A DNA stretch of 63,897 nucleotides, filler included, from Salisapilia sapeloensis CBS 127946 (taxonomy: Eukaryota > Protista > Oomycota), in assembly GCA_023334545.1 (NCBI GenBank). It is 6 parts of 6 records of this genome, joined end to end, with 100 filler letters (N's around TTAATTAATTAA, not from the genome) between each part and the next. Parts side by side here need not be neighbours in the genome. Positions count along the whole stretch, not along the records: positions 1 to 21,440 come from JAADVB010000282.1; 5 more parts are not named here. One strand, written 5' to 3'. Position 1 is the first letter of the stretch. Each line of letters opens with the position of its first letter. This document shows, in pieces, positions 10,395-20,793 of this stretch. A program made the translations under genes and the position numbers. Below the pieces are notes generated by a model. It searched no databases and had not been told where the DNA came from. It was given only the letters and a program-made list of their open reading frames with translations.

Positions 10395-13221
10395 ATGTTT
10401 GGCGCGAATGGTTTCTACGGTGGTGGAGCTAACAAGCAACCTCGAAACCTCCTTGTCGACGAAGAGGACGATGAAGATTTGTACGAAGGCTTCAACTTTA
10501 GCATCGACCTTGCCCCTCCACAAACAGCGTCGAATGGATACCCTCCGTCGTCTTATGGAATGCCGCAATCACGAGGAGGCTTCCAGCCTCCACGCACAGG
10601 ATTTAGGTAAGCCTGATTCATGCTATAGGAGACGAAGTTCTTGCTAATCGATTTCGTTCTACTTCATGTCATCCTTTAAATTTACAGGGCGCCTCCTTCG
10701 CAAATGGGACGACAGATCCCTGGGTCCAGACTCGGGACTGGTATGCAGCCAGCAGGCGAAGCTCGGCCGATGACATCAGTTTCTGGTGCAGGTTTCTCGG
10801 TAAGTGCTTGACTTCTGCCTAACTGCTGTCGCATAGTGGTCACTTATGTCAATTAATAGTCGAACCCACGAACAGCAGCAGGCCAGCGTATGTTTGATCC
10901 GATGGGGGACTCTCGGCGGGCATCGGCTTCCCAGGCAGTGTTAGAGAAGACAGAAAATACACCAAAAGAAGTCGCTAAGGAGCTCGAGAAGACTGTAAAT
11001 TCATTAATTGAACAGTGTGCTGAGCTGACCCAACAAGGAAAGCTTGAGGATGCCCTAGCTTTGTCAAAGGATGCTGGAAGGAAAGAGAGGGCGTTTAATA
11101 AGCACTGTGAAGCGAATGGGCTGACGGATATGCTGAACATTGACTTAACATACGCCGTTTTCTTCAACCTTGCAAATACGTATGAGCGCAATGGACTTTG
11201 GAAAGAAGCGATCCAGGCATATACTCCCATCGTAAAGAACAAGCAGTACACCCAAGGCGGACGACTTCGTGTAAATATGGGGAATATCTATTTTAGCCAA
11301 CAACAATACCCGACGGCTATTCGTATGTATCGCATGGCACTCGATCAAATCCCCAGTACTAGCAAGGAAGTTCGATTTAAGATCAAACGAAACATTGGCA
11401 TCGCGCAAATTAAGCTTGGCCATTACCAGGATGCAGCATCAACATTTGAAGACATTATGGAAAGCCAGCCAGATTTCCACTCAGGCTTCAATCTGGTCAT
11501 TTGTTATTATGCGATCGGCGAGCATGACAAAATGAGACGAGGGTTTACCAACTTGATTACCATTCCCATGGAAGGAGGGTCGACGGAAGAAGACGAAGAT
11601 GAGGAGAATGCAGACGGTGCGATATCTTTATATGAAAACGAGGGCAAGTCCGAATCGGAGCAACGACCGATGTCATCCAGCGAGCAACGCCATCTCAAGT
11701 CGCTCCAGACAGATTCACTGCGCAATGAGATTCGGGCGAGACGTAAGCAAGCAATGACATATATTCTATTAGCTGGCAAGTTGTGTGCGCCAGCACTGGA
11801 CAAGAAAGATTGGCAAGCCGGATATTCATGGGTGATCGATACGCTCAAGCAAGAATCTCACGAAGGTCTTGCAAGTGAGATGGAAATCTGTAAAGCCCAT
11901 GTGTTCCTAAAGCAAAAAGAGTTCGATCGAGCGATCGATGTATTAAAAGCTTTTGAGAAGAAGGATCCAATCTATCGAGCGATGGCAGCGACGAACCTGA
12001 GCTATCTCTATTTCATTGAAGGTGACATCAAGCAAGCAGATAAGTACGCCACCATGGCAGTTCAACACCAACGGTACAATGCAAAGGCCTTAGTGAACAA
12101 AGGAAATTGTCTGTTTGAATTGAAAGAGGGGGAACGCGCGAAAGAGCTGTTTCTGGAAGCGATCGGTGTCGAGTCAGATTGTATTGAAGCGATTTACAAC
12201 CTGGGTCTAGCAAACGTTCGATTGGGTGTACTTGATGAAGCTCTTCAGGCATTTGAAAAACTGCACACGATCGTTCCAAGTGACCCAGAGGTTTTGTATC
12301 AAATTGGAAATCTCCACGACGTCATGGGCAATTATAGGAGTGCTGCCAAGTGGTTCAACATTTTACTATCAAGCTTGGGTGGAAATAGTTCCAACGGGAA
12401 AAGAGGAAAGGATGGGGCTGGAAGCCGGTACAGTAGCTCGAAAGATGTATCCGACCCGAATGTCCTCGCTCGGTTGGGTCAGATTTTTACCAAGGAAGAT
12501 GACGAAACCCAGGCCTTTCACTATCATCTGGATAGCTACCGCTACTTTCCGGTCAATCTCGACGTCATCTCTTGGCTCGGTGTTTGGTACGTCAAAAGTG
12601 AGCTGTACGAAAAAGCGATTCAGTTCTTTGAACGTGCAAGCCAGATCCAACCAAGTGAAGTCAAATGGCGACTCATGGTCACCAGTTGCTACCGCCGTAT
12701 GGGTGCATACCACAAGGCGGTGGAGTTGTATGAGCAGATCCATCAGGACTATCCAGAGAATCTAGAGTGCTTACGATACCTCGTCGCAATCTGCAAAGAC
12801 TTGGGGCAGCGGTACGATACATATCAAACAAAGCTTGTCAAGCTCGAACGAGAGGCTGCTGCAGCCGCTCCAATACCAAGTCAGCGGACACAACGTCCGC
12901 CAGATGAAGGGGTTGGAAGTGCCCAGTACTCTAGAGAAAGCAATCAACACTCAGATCGCGGAGCTTCCATGTATCGGCAAGAGGAACAGAATGACCAATG
13001 GCAGAAACCTCGAGAAGAAGAGTACGTCACTCCGAAACCGGCAGCAATGTACGATATGCGTCCAACGACAGCAGCTCGACCACGGACGGCTGCAAAAGGC
13101 GCAGCAACGAAAAACGATGGTACGCACTCGATATTTCTAAAAGTAATTCAGGAGCTAACTTGGCAGTACAGAAGCGGACGATTGGGGCGATGCGGATGTC
13201 GGGAACTTGCTTGGTGATTAA
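10395..13221 (+). CDS. IFT88: Intraflagellar transport protein 88 (TPR protein); 4 exons
   Basis: Exons 10395-10606, 10688-10799, 10860-13119, 13172-13221. GRLRVNMGNIYF, AATNLSYLYF, YNAKALVNKGN, QAFHYHLDSYRYFPVNLDVISWLG, EVKWRLMVTSCYRR; acidic end DDWGDADVGNLLGD. Confidence 0.97.
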
Positions 13222-13299
13222 GTGCATGGAAGTCGTGAATCAAATGCATTTTCATGACCAAGTCGTTTTCAATCATTAATTTCAATTATGTTCATGCAC

Positions 13300-13988
13300 C
13301 TACAAGTTATGTGTTCCGAAAATAATCGCTAGAAGGATGCCGAATGGTACCCAAGATTTCAAGAAGCCCCAGATACTAGTGTAGCGACCAAGGATAAACA
13401 TCCAAAAGCACAGGATGACCATATTCCAACGTCGATATCCTTTGTAGTCCATCAGATTCAGGCACATGGCCACGTGCGAATGGCAATTGTCACAACTACA
13501 TGCCCACACATGTCGTTAATGACTCTTTTGTAGATGAGTATCATCCAAACGTACATTAGATTGTGTGAGTGGTTTTCGTATTCAGCTGATCCTTTCGCGA
13601 CTGCCTCATCCCACTCTTTCGCTTTGTCTTTCGGAACGTCGCATTGGACGTATCTTGTAGCGGCGCCAAAGGCAAAATCATCTCGATTAATCGCAAAGGA
13701 TCCTGCAAAGTCATAAATGACGCTATTCCCATACCATTATTCGGACTGCCTTCATATTTTAGAAACTAGCACCACGTACCCAGCTCCATTAGCGATACCC
13801 ATGTGTCCGATGAACGGGAGGAGCCATGTCAGAACTGGAATGGGACTCCACACAATGCAAAACGGGAAACGTCTTTTGTGAACATCTACAGCAGGAGGCC
13901 ATGCTTCTTCCTGTACTGGCTGTTCCTCCATCGCCGATCCAAGTAGCTCACCTTCCTCTGCCTCGCTTTTCATTTTCGTTGTTATCAT
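13300..13988 (-). CDS. TMEM222: TMEM222 / RTE1-like (DUF778) membrane protein; 3 exons
   Basis: Exons 13988-13780, 13722-13555, 13495-13300. RFPFCIVWSPIPVLTWLLPFIGHMGI, IYDFAG, HNLICDNCHSHVA. Confidence 0.93.
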
Positions 13989-14203
13989 TTATGTCCAAAA
14001 TATCTTTCGGATTGGCTAAAAAGACACGACCTGTAGCCTGCTGATTGGATCATTCTCATTTGGAAAATGTGTGTGTTTAGCATTATAACTTGGTTTTTGT
14101 ATTCGAAGGAGTACATTTAGAGGGTCAAGAATGCACGTGCATGAAGATGGGAAGAAGTGTAGATTAAAGTGTCACTTGGCAAATAGACGCCTTGGGCGGA
14201 GCG

Positions 14204-15316
14204 ATGACGGCGCGAGATTCGGACATCAGACGTGTCTCCCACGATCCTCGCTACCGTCCTTATGTGCAACATCAAGAGATACATGTTGCTCCCTCAACTC
14301 ATGCAACAGCTCCTTCGCTTGCGCAGGTGCAAGACCCCACGTATCTCTATCCGCCGCAGTCTCACTTGAACGACAGATCACTGTCCATGCCTCCTTATCC
14401 AGGCTACGAGAACCCACCCATATATTGTGTCTATCCGGATGTGCAGGACGAAGAGCCTCTTATAGCCCAGTCTCGCCTCCCTCGAGACGCCTATATTACC
14501 TCCCACCCTCGTCCAGAGCAAGACATGTCCGTTTATCCAGGCTCTGCTCCAGCGATCTCTCTTCAAAGACCTCAATATGCTGTTGAGCAACGAGAATGCC
14601 GTCAGAAACGACTGGCATTCTTACAACACGTCTGGAAGCTCATTGTGTACAACATTGGGAACAGTTTATTAGGCCTTGTAGCTGCCTCCTTACTCGGTTC
14701 TGGACTTTGCATGGGTATATCCCTCATCCCAGTCTTCCTACTTGGTCTTCTCGTATTGAAATTGGTGCATCACATTGTGTATGAATTCGCTCGACTAGAT
14801 GTCCACCTGTGCAACTACCTTCGTCCTGCTGGAGAAAAGATTCTCTTGTCAACGTCTCCTGGGCAGCCATACAAGGAGAGACTCATGCCACGACTCCGCA
14901 ACTTTTCCCCGCTTTCTCTGATGGCGCTCATCTACTTTTTAACCGTCAAGGCAGCAGTCGCTTTCGCCAGCAGCATCAGTCTGTCCATGACCATGTCCGG
15001 CCTCGGTTTCCTCCTCATCGGACTCTTCGGCCATAGCGAAGTTGCGATCGACTCCCCATTTGGCAATGGAAGCGTTGACATGGCATCCCATCCATTGCAC
15101 TACTTTAGTCTCTTGCTTGCCGGCATGGTCATCGGTGTCGCCTTACTCTATCTAACAGCAGAAGTATCATGTCGTGCGACTCGGTTCTTTTGCTGTGAAA
15201 AGCAAGAGTACCCTTCTGTCGTCGAAAGAGACTGGGAGAGAGGTCTCTACCACGTCTCGACGTCCAGGAACTATGGAGCTGTACGCAGAGCAGCCGAACG
15301 TTCGAACTTTATATAA
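14204..15316 (+). CDS. Sensor-domain-like multipass membrane protein, paralog 1
   Basis: Intronless ORF, first ATG at 14204. Pro/Tyr-rich N-terminus; core LIVYNIGNSLLG...FARLDVHLCN...LSPLS-like...YFLTVK; ends RFFCCEK. Confidence 0.85.
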   Translation: MTARDSDIRRVSHDPRYRPYVQHQEIHVAPSTHATAPSLAQVQDPTYLYPPQSHLNDRSLSMPPYPGYENPPIYCVYPDVQDEEPLIAQSRLPRDAYITSHPRPEQDMSVYPGSAPAISLQRPQYAVEQRECRQKRLAFLQHVWKLIVYNIGNSLLGLVAASLLGSGLCMGISLIPVFLLGLLVLKLVHHIVYEFARLDVHLCNYLRPAGEKILLSTSPGQPYKERLMPRLRNFSPLSLMALIYFLTVKAAVAFASSISLSMTMSGLGFLLIGLFGHSEVAIDSPFGNGSVDMASHPLHYFSLLLAGMVIGVALLYLTAEVSCRATRFFCCEKQEYPSVVERDWERGLYHVSTSRNYGAVRRAAERSNFI

Positions 15317-15345
15317 GCATACAATCAAATCCTTTGTTAATCAAT

Positions 15346-16206
15346 TTAAACGACTTGTCTTGCGTTTGTCGCGCCATACTGTCCGCTAGAGCTAGGGTGA
15401 TTGTACTGATCTTCATGCACATACCGGTAAGTCTCGAACTTTTCACAGCAAAAGTATCGAGTCGCTAGACGAGAGGCACGGACGGCTCCGTGCATGATGG
15501 CGACGCCAATGACGAAGAGTAGACTAGCGCTAATGATGAAGAGGATAGCTCTGAAGAAACCTGTGTAGGCACTGCCGACGTCTGGAGACGTCATGGCACT
15601 GACGGGAATACCGAGCGCAATGGCTAGCGCGATGGCGCTCATGCACGCATTGGCGAATTTAATGGTACAAAAGTAGACGGTAGCGCTCATGGCTTTCAAG
15701 CACGGCTGGTCCAGCGTCGGTGACAGGCGTTCGTTCATTACGTTCACGAGTCCGAGGCGGTCGGGAAGACTCGTGTAGACTTGTTCTGCCGGTGGAGAGA
15801 CAAAGTTGTAGAGACTGACGTCCAGTTCCGCGAAAAAGTTGACGATATGGAGTAGGACACGGAAGACAAGGAGACCGAGGCAGCACAGTGGGAGCATGAT
15901 CGATCCCAATGCCACGCCGTGCCATAGCACCGTAAAAGCTGTAAATCCTAAGGCAACGTTGAGCGCGTGAAAGACAAACAGTCTCAGCGTATTGTAGACA
16001 TATCCGTCTTCACGTACGTCCCACATCCGAGACGGAGGTAGATAGCTTCCAGCACCATGTGCAGGAGGTTGGTAAGCATTTTCCGTATCATATGGGCGAG
16101 CGAGTGGTACGGACTCATTCTGGTGTTGGAAAGAAGGAGCGTTGGGCTCGAACGGTGGAGCCATCTCTGGCTCCTTTTTCGACGTTCCGACGGACTCGGC
16201 TTGCAT
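15346..16206 (-). CDS. Sensor-domain-like multipass membrane protein, paralog 2
   Basis: 286 aa ORF. FVFHALNVALG...LPLCCLG...FAELDVSLYN...YFCTIKFA...RYFCCEK. Confidence 0.85.
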   Translation of the reverse strand: MQAESVGTSKKEPEMAPPFEPNAPSFQHQNESVPLARPYDTENAYQPPAHGAGSYLPPSRMWDVREDGYVYNTLRLFVFHALNVALGFTAFTVLWHGVALGSIMLPLCCLGLLVFRVLLHIVNFFAELDVSLYNFVSPPAEQVYTSLPDRLGLVNVMNERLSPTLDQPCLKAMSATVYFCTIKFANACMSAIALAIALGIPVSAMTSPDVGSAYTGFFRAILFIISASLLFVIGVAIMHGAVRASRLATRYFCCEKFETYRYVHEDQYNHPSSSGQYGATNARQVV

Positions 16207-16358
16207 TTACGGCGTATAAATCACTCTGCGATGTTCTATCTCGAGGAATTCGAATGGATATTTCGCTTTGTGATTTTTTATGGTTAGCATGGTACACTAG
16301 TGGAACGAAAAAGATACCTTTGTTGAACGTGGCTATTTTTGATATTTAATGGTGCTAC

Positions 16359-17255
16359 TCAATATCTAGCCATGCTTCCATACGACATGCGTCCGGCATG
16401 GCCTGGCAGCGTCTCCACTTCTTCACTGCAGAAGAATTTGGTGATAACAGTGGAAAGCTTTGCGACGAAGAACATGAGAGAAATGCCGATGACTAAGATG
16501 CAGGCCATGATGATAATAAATGCGAGGAAGTGGTCGTGAATATCTTGATCGGTCACTCGATACCCATTCACTTCCACGTCAAATTCGTCGTCGGACATCA
16601 TCACCTGAAACATTGCTGGCGGCAATGATAGCACTAGGAATAAGACGATGCCACTCAAGATGCCAATGGCAAATTTAACCGACGCAAAGTAGATGCTGGC
16701 CATGATCGACAGTGGCGACACTTTCGACAGGTCTGGAGCCAAGCGGTAGCCATGGAAACCTCGCATGGCGAGTTCATACGGGACGTTCAGGTAGATATAG
16801 TCTTGAGGGGGCGCAACAAAGTTGGATAAACGCACGTCTACTTCAGCCAGGAGGCCAGCCAAGTAGATCACGACTCGAAATACCACGATGCCAAAGCAGC
16901 AGAGGGGAATGAGACCAATGCCGACACTTGAGCCGATGACAATAGTCATAAAGCCCAACATGCCCAGGCCGGCGTTTAAAATGTGGAAGAAGATGAGTCG
17001 TAAAATGGTCATAAAATATCCTCTTCTAGAGCTGTTGGAACTGGAAATATTCACCGAGTAGCCATGATCATAAGGAGGTGCGGAATCTGGAGCTACATAG
17101 TGACGGTTGGCGTGATAGGGTGGACGATCCACTGGCTGCGCTTCCAGTGGGAGTTGAGCTTCGTGGAACGACGGGTACAAATGCATCTGCTCCTCACTGA
17201 GGTCGTACGGCTGATTGTTTGGATGGAAACTACTACCTTTTGTCGGCTCGTCCAT
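16359..17255 (-). CDS. Sensor-domain-like multipass membrane protein, paralog 3
   Basis: Likely start MDEPTKG at 17255 (ORF is open to 17393). IFFHILNAGLG...IPLCCFG...LAEVDVRLSN...YFASVKFA...KFFCSEE. Confidence 0.85.
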   Translation of the reverse strand: MDEPTKGSSFHPNNQPYDLSEEQMHLYPSFHEAQLPLEAQPVDRPPYHANRHYVAPDSAPPYDHGYSVNISSSNSSRRGYFMTILRLIFFHILNAGLGMLGFMTIVIGSSVGIGLIPLCCFGIVVFRVVIYLAGLLAEVDVRLSNFVAPPQDYIYLNVPYELAMRGFHGYRLAPDLSKVSPLSIMASIYFASVKFAIGILSGIVLFLVLSLPPAMFQVMMSDDEFDVEVNGYRVTDQDIHDHFLAFIIIMACILVIGISLMFFVAKLSTVITKFFCSEEVETLPGHAGRMSYGSMARY

Positions 17256-17421
17256 TGCCGTAGAAGAGATGTGTGTGGTCAAATGCCAAGTAGAAAATGT
17301 CGTGACTAGGTCGCGGTCCTGTCCAGAACGACTTGACTTAGGTATAGCATGCATTCGAACGCAAATGCAGGTCTGTGTGATGTGCACGTACATAAATAAT
17401 CCAGCGAAAACATAGAGCAGA

Positions 17422-18080
17422 ATGGAAGGGGTACGAGATTGGAGGTTTGTCTACGAGTCTCTAGGGCTGCTTTGTGCATATATGAATGAATTTGATATGT
17501 TAGAGGCCGCACAGTCACGAAGGAATCACATGATCATGGTGACGCTGGCACATTCCAGGAAAGGAAGGAAACGTATGTCAAGGATGAATTTGGTCGAGAT
17601 GTGCTAGTAGAACCCCAGGATACAGCCAAAAAGGATAAAAAGGACAAGAAGGAGAGGAGGCGAAAGAGTCGTCATCGCTCAAGGTCTCCACCGCCTCATC
17701 CGACAAGCACTCCACCTCCCGCCGATCCATTTCGGCCACAAGTACTTTGCGTTTGCTGCATCGGATCTGGATCGAAAACTAATGACCATATATAGTTGGA
17801 CGAGCGACGACATCACGCAGAGCGTCGGCGGCGACCAAGTTCTCGTAGAGGTCGGAGTCGATCAAGTAGTCGTCGACAACGATCTCGTAGTCGAAGTCCA
17901 CACAGACGACGAAGGCGTAGTCGCAGTCGTAGCCGGAAGCGAGCGTCCAATGACAAATGGACACACGATGCGTTTTACAATCGAAGTCCGAGTCCAATGC
18001 GAGAAGTCGATCCATCCTATCATCCAGAGCCTCCAAGCTGGAAGTCGGAAGCAGGCGGCGTTTATATTCCGAAGAAATAG
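17422..18080 (+). CDS. Small Lys/Arg-Ser-rich nuclear protein with a conserved-looking C-terminus; spliced, 5' end uncertain
   Basis: Phase-consistent intron 17742-17795 joins KKDKKERRRKSRHRSRSP to RSRSRS...KWTHDAFYNRSPSP...SWKSEAGGVYIPKK*. An upstream intron starts at gtatgt near 17573 with a tagtag acceptor at 17605-17610. Start codon unresolved. Confidence 0.6.
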
Positions 18081-18838
18081 ATAGAGACAAGGTGTTTCTT
18101 TGCCGTTTAAAAAGCAAATGCCCGTTCGAGTCTACATGGAACAGATCCACATGTCATCTTCATAACAGGTCATTAGTAAAAGACTATAAAGATGAGGTAT
18201 CGTGGTTACTCTTTCTGCTTATGCCAGTGGTTGCATGTGCGCTAGCAGAAAGAAAATCATGCCTACTATCCAATGAAGCGTACGATTCTGCAAAAAGCCC
18301 TAGTTTTTTCTATCTTCCACAATGGACTCTTCAGCGAGTTCACCAGTTTATGGCGTAACTCTAGATGGAGCCATGAGATAGGGTGTGGAAACTCTGGCTT
18401 GTTGACTTTTTCCGACAGTGAACTTCCTATGTAGCCAGCTCTTCCTACTGCCATTTTCACTGTCCTCCGAGTGTCGCACTTGTTCCACAAATAATTTACA
18501 AACCTGTGCATACTCGGCAATGTACTCTTAAAGGTAGCTTATCATATCCACCGCATCCGCATGCTGGCGTAGCTGCAAGTTATTTCCATTCAAAGTTTCT
18601 TTTGATATCGCAAGCACAAGAGATATAGCTGCACTCGAACCAGATAGATCATGTTCAACATGCTCCGTCTGCTGCGCTTCTTCGCTGGATAGTACCAGTA
18701 TCCGCTGTCTCATCAGAACCCTCGGACATCTTCTACATAACAAAATTCCGCATTATCCAAACAGATATGGAAACTGATTTCCACGAAAAATTCACAGATC
18801 TACCTCGAATTTGTCGTCATTTATAAATATCACTCGTG

Positions 18839-19708
18839 ATGAAGAACGCCGAGAAGGACGTCGAGTACGCAGAGCCACAGCAGGCTACTCAGACTGATGA
18901 ACATACCTACTATGGTCCATACGACAAGTACCCCAGTGGAAGGGAGAACGGACGTCGCCTCGACACCATTTCACTCCGAGTGGATGAGCCAGTAACGCCA
19001 CGCACCCCGCCTGCAGACTATCATAATTATGGACATGCGTATGAAGAACCGCAGTACGAAGACTGCGAGTATCATCGCCGATCATTGCCAGTCCGTTTTC
19101 TCTTCTCCGTATTGTATTTATTCCTGAGCTTTGCAGAGTCAGTCGTTGCTTTCTGGATGACCGTTGCAGGTGTGATCATCACCCTTTGCCTCTTGCCCAT
19201 TTGCTGTTTGGGTGCACCAGTATTCCAGTTCCTATTGCTAGCCTTCAAAGCATTCGCTACTGTCGATGTGGAATTGGCAAACAAACTCTCGTCGCAAGGC
19301 GGTAAGATATACCTTCACCCGCATGTGGACAGCGGCTTCACAAGTGAATCACCGACATCATGCATGGGTCGAACATTTTACCTAACTCCCCGATCGTTTG
19401 GATTAATTGGCTACTTTGGCTTTGTCAAGCTTTTAAACGGTGCGCTAGGAGCATTTGCAATCTTCTGTGGCATTATCAGTCCAATCTGTGCGTTGTTGAC
19501 ATGGGGTGGCTCCAGCGGTACGATCGTCACATTCGACTACGACGAACACAAAGCCTCCTACGTTGCAGTCATCGCTGTCGTTGGGATATTGGGTCTCCTA
19601 GCCATCCCGTACCTCGCGAGGTTCACGAGGAAGATTACGAGGCAGTTTTGCGGTGCAGCAAAAGACTCTACGGAAGAAGGACGACGAAACACGTCCGAGA
19701 TGAGCTAA
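18839..19708 (+). CDS. Sensor-domain-like multipass membrane protein, paralog 4
   Basis: Tyr/Pro-rich N-terminus; LPICCLG...FATVDVELAN...YFGFVKLL...RQFCG. Confidence 0.85.
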   Translation: MKNAEKDVEYAEPQQATQTDEHTYYGPYDKYPSGRENGRRLDTISLRVDEPVTPRTPPADYHNYGHAYEEPQYEDCEYHRRSLPVRFLFSVLYLFLSFAESVVAFWMTVAGVIITLCLLPICCLGAPVFQFLLLAFKAFATVDVELANKLSSQGGKIYLHPHVDSGFTSESPTSCMGRTFYLTPRSFGLIGYFGFVKLLNGALGAFAIFCGIISPICALLTWGGSSGTIVTFDYDEHKASYVAVIAVVGILGLLAIPYLARFTRKITRQFCGAAKDSTEEGRRNTSEMS

Positions 19709-19968
19709 GCTATGACAAAGAATTGCATTTTATTTTACTACTCGTCTCTTGTCTGCTCTCGTCGACAGCACATCGATGGCTATCCGATTGTGTCAATCTA
19801 CATCGATGCGTCTTAGACACGTCCAAGACCTCTAGACCAATGTCGCACGCTTTTTCTATCCGACTAAAAGTGAGAGATGGAAACCTACTTAAACCTAGCA
19901 GCTATGTCTGCAGTCTGCTCATTCTCCGATTTGCTTTCCAGCGAACGCACACGAGACCTACAAACGCC

Positions 19969-20793
19969 ATGAACTCTTCTCAGCAACCTACACAGAAGAT
20001 ACCACCATATGAAGCTTGCCCGACTCCTACAGTCATACCGAAGGAGACACCTCCCAAAGCTCACGTCACTACGTCGACCACCATTCCGCTTGATGGCATC
20101 CTGTCACTCCCAATGCCGTATGTATCGGCGGACGACTTCGATCATAAAGGCTTTGTTGCGAAAGCTATCACTCTGATCATCTTTCATATTGTCAATGTTG
20201 TCATTGGCTTTGCTGGTTTCGTCCTCGCTGTCGGAGGTGTCGTCGTGGTGCCAATTCTGTTCTGTTTCTGCTGTCTTGGAGCACCAGTCCTCCAAGCCCT
20301 TTTCTGGCTCCTGAAAAGTCTGGTCGAATTTGACATCGCTCTTGCCAACATGATCACGTCCGAGAAAGACAAAATCCAACGCCACCCACACATTGAATGT
20401 GGCTTTACAGCCGAAGGCAAGGTTACCATGTTGGAAAAGCTGTTTTACTTCTCCGGGCGCTCGTTCGCGATGGTCATCTACTTTGGTCTCGTCAAGTTCG
20501 CTGTAGCTTGCATCAGTGCCGGTATCTTGTATTATGGCCTTGCTATGTGGATCGTTGTTTTGGTCACGAACGGAAAGCCTGATATTGGAATTGGTGGTTT
20601 ATCGTTTAAGCAGTACGGTATCTGGTATGTAGTTCTTGTGGCTGGAATGTCAATTGCTGGGCTAGTACTTGTTCCACTGCACGCATGGCTATCGCGAAAG
20701 TTGACCGAGCTTTTCTGTGGTGATACAGCTAAAGCGGTAGGACGCCATGACATTACCAGCATGAAGCAGACTATCTCGGAGGCATCTGTGTGA
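19969..20793 (+). CDS. Sensor-domain-like multipass membrane protein, paralog 5
   Basis: Likely start MNSSQQP at 19969. IIFHIVNVVIG...FCCLG...LVEFDIALAN...YFGLVKFA...ELFCG. Closest in sequence to paralog 4. Confidence 0.85.
   Translation: MNSSQQPTQKIPPYEACPTPTVIPKETPPKAHVTTSTTIPLDGILSLPMPYVSADDFDHKGFVAKAITLIIFHIVNVVIGFAGFVLAVGGVVVVPILFCFCCLGAPVLQALFWLLKSLVEFDIALANMITSEKDKIQRHPHIECGFTAEGKVTMLEKLFYFSGRSFAMVIYFGLVKFAVACISAGILYYGLAMWIVVLVTNGKPDIGIGGLSFKQYGIWYVVLVAGMSIAGLVLVPLHAWLSRKLTELFCGDTAKAVGRHDITSMKQTISEASV

Noticed and set aside
18505-18540. Possible stop-codon readthrough (MISYL*EYIAEYAQ) on the minus strand
   Set aside because: The stop is TAA, not a selenocysteine TGA; no SECIS or homology support, and another frame explains the region equally well.
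19360-19968. 477-aa ORF suggesting a long N-terminus for paralog 5
   Set aside because: The upstream part is an off-frame overlap of paralog 4 plus intergenic DNA; homology and PY-rich composition begin at ATG 19969.
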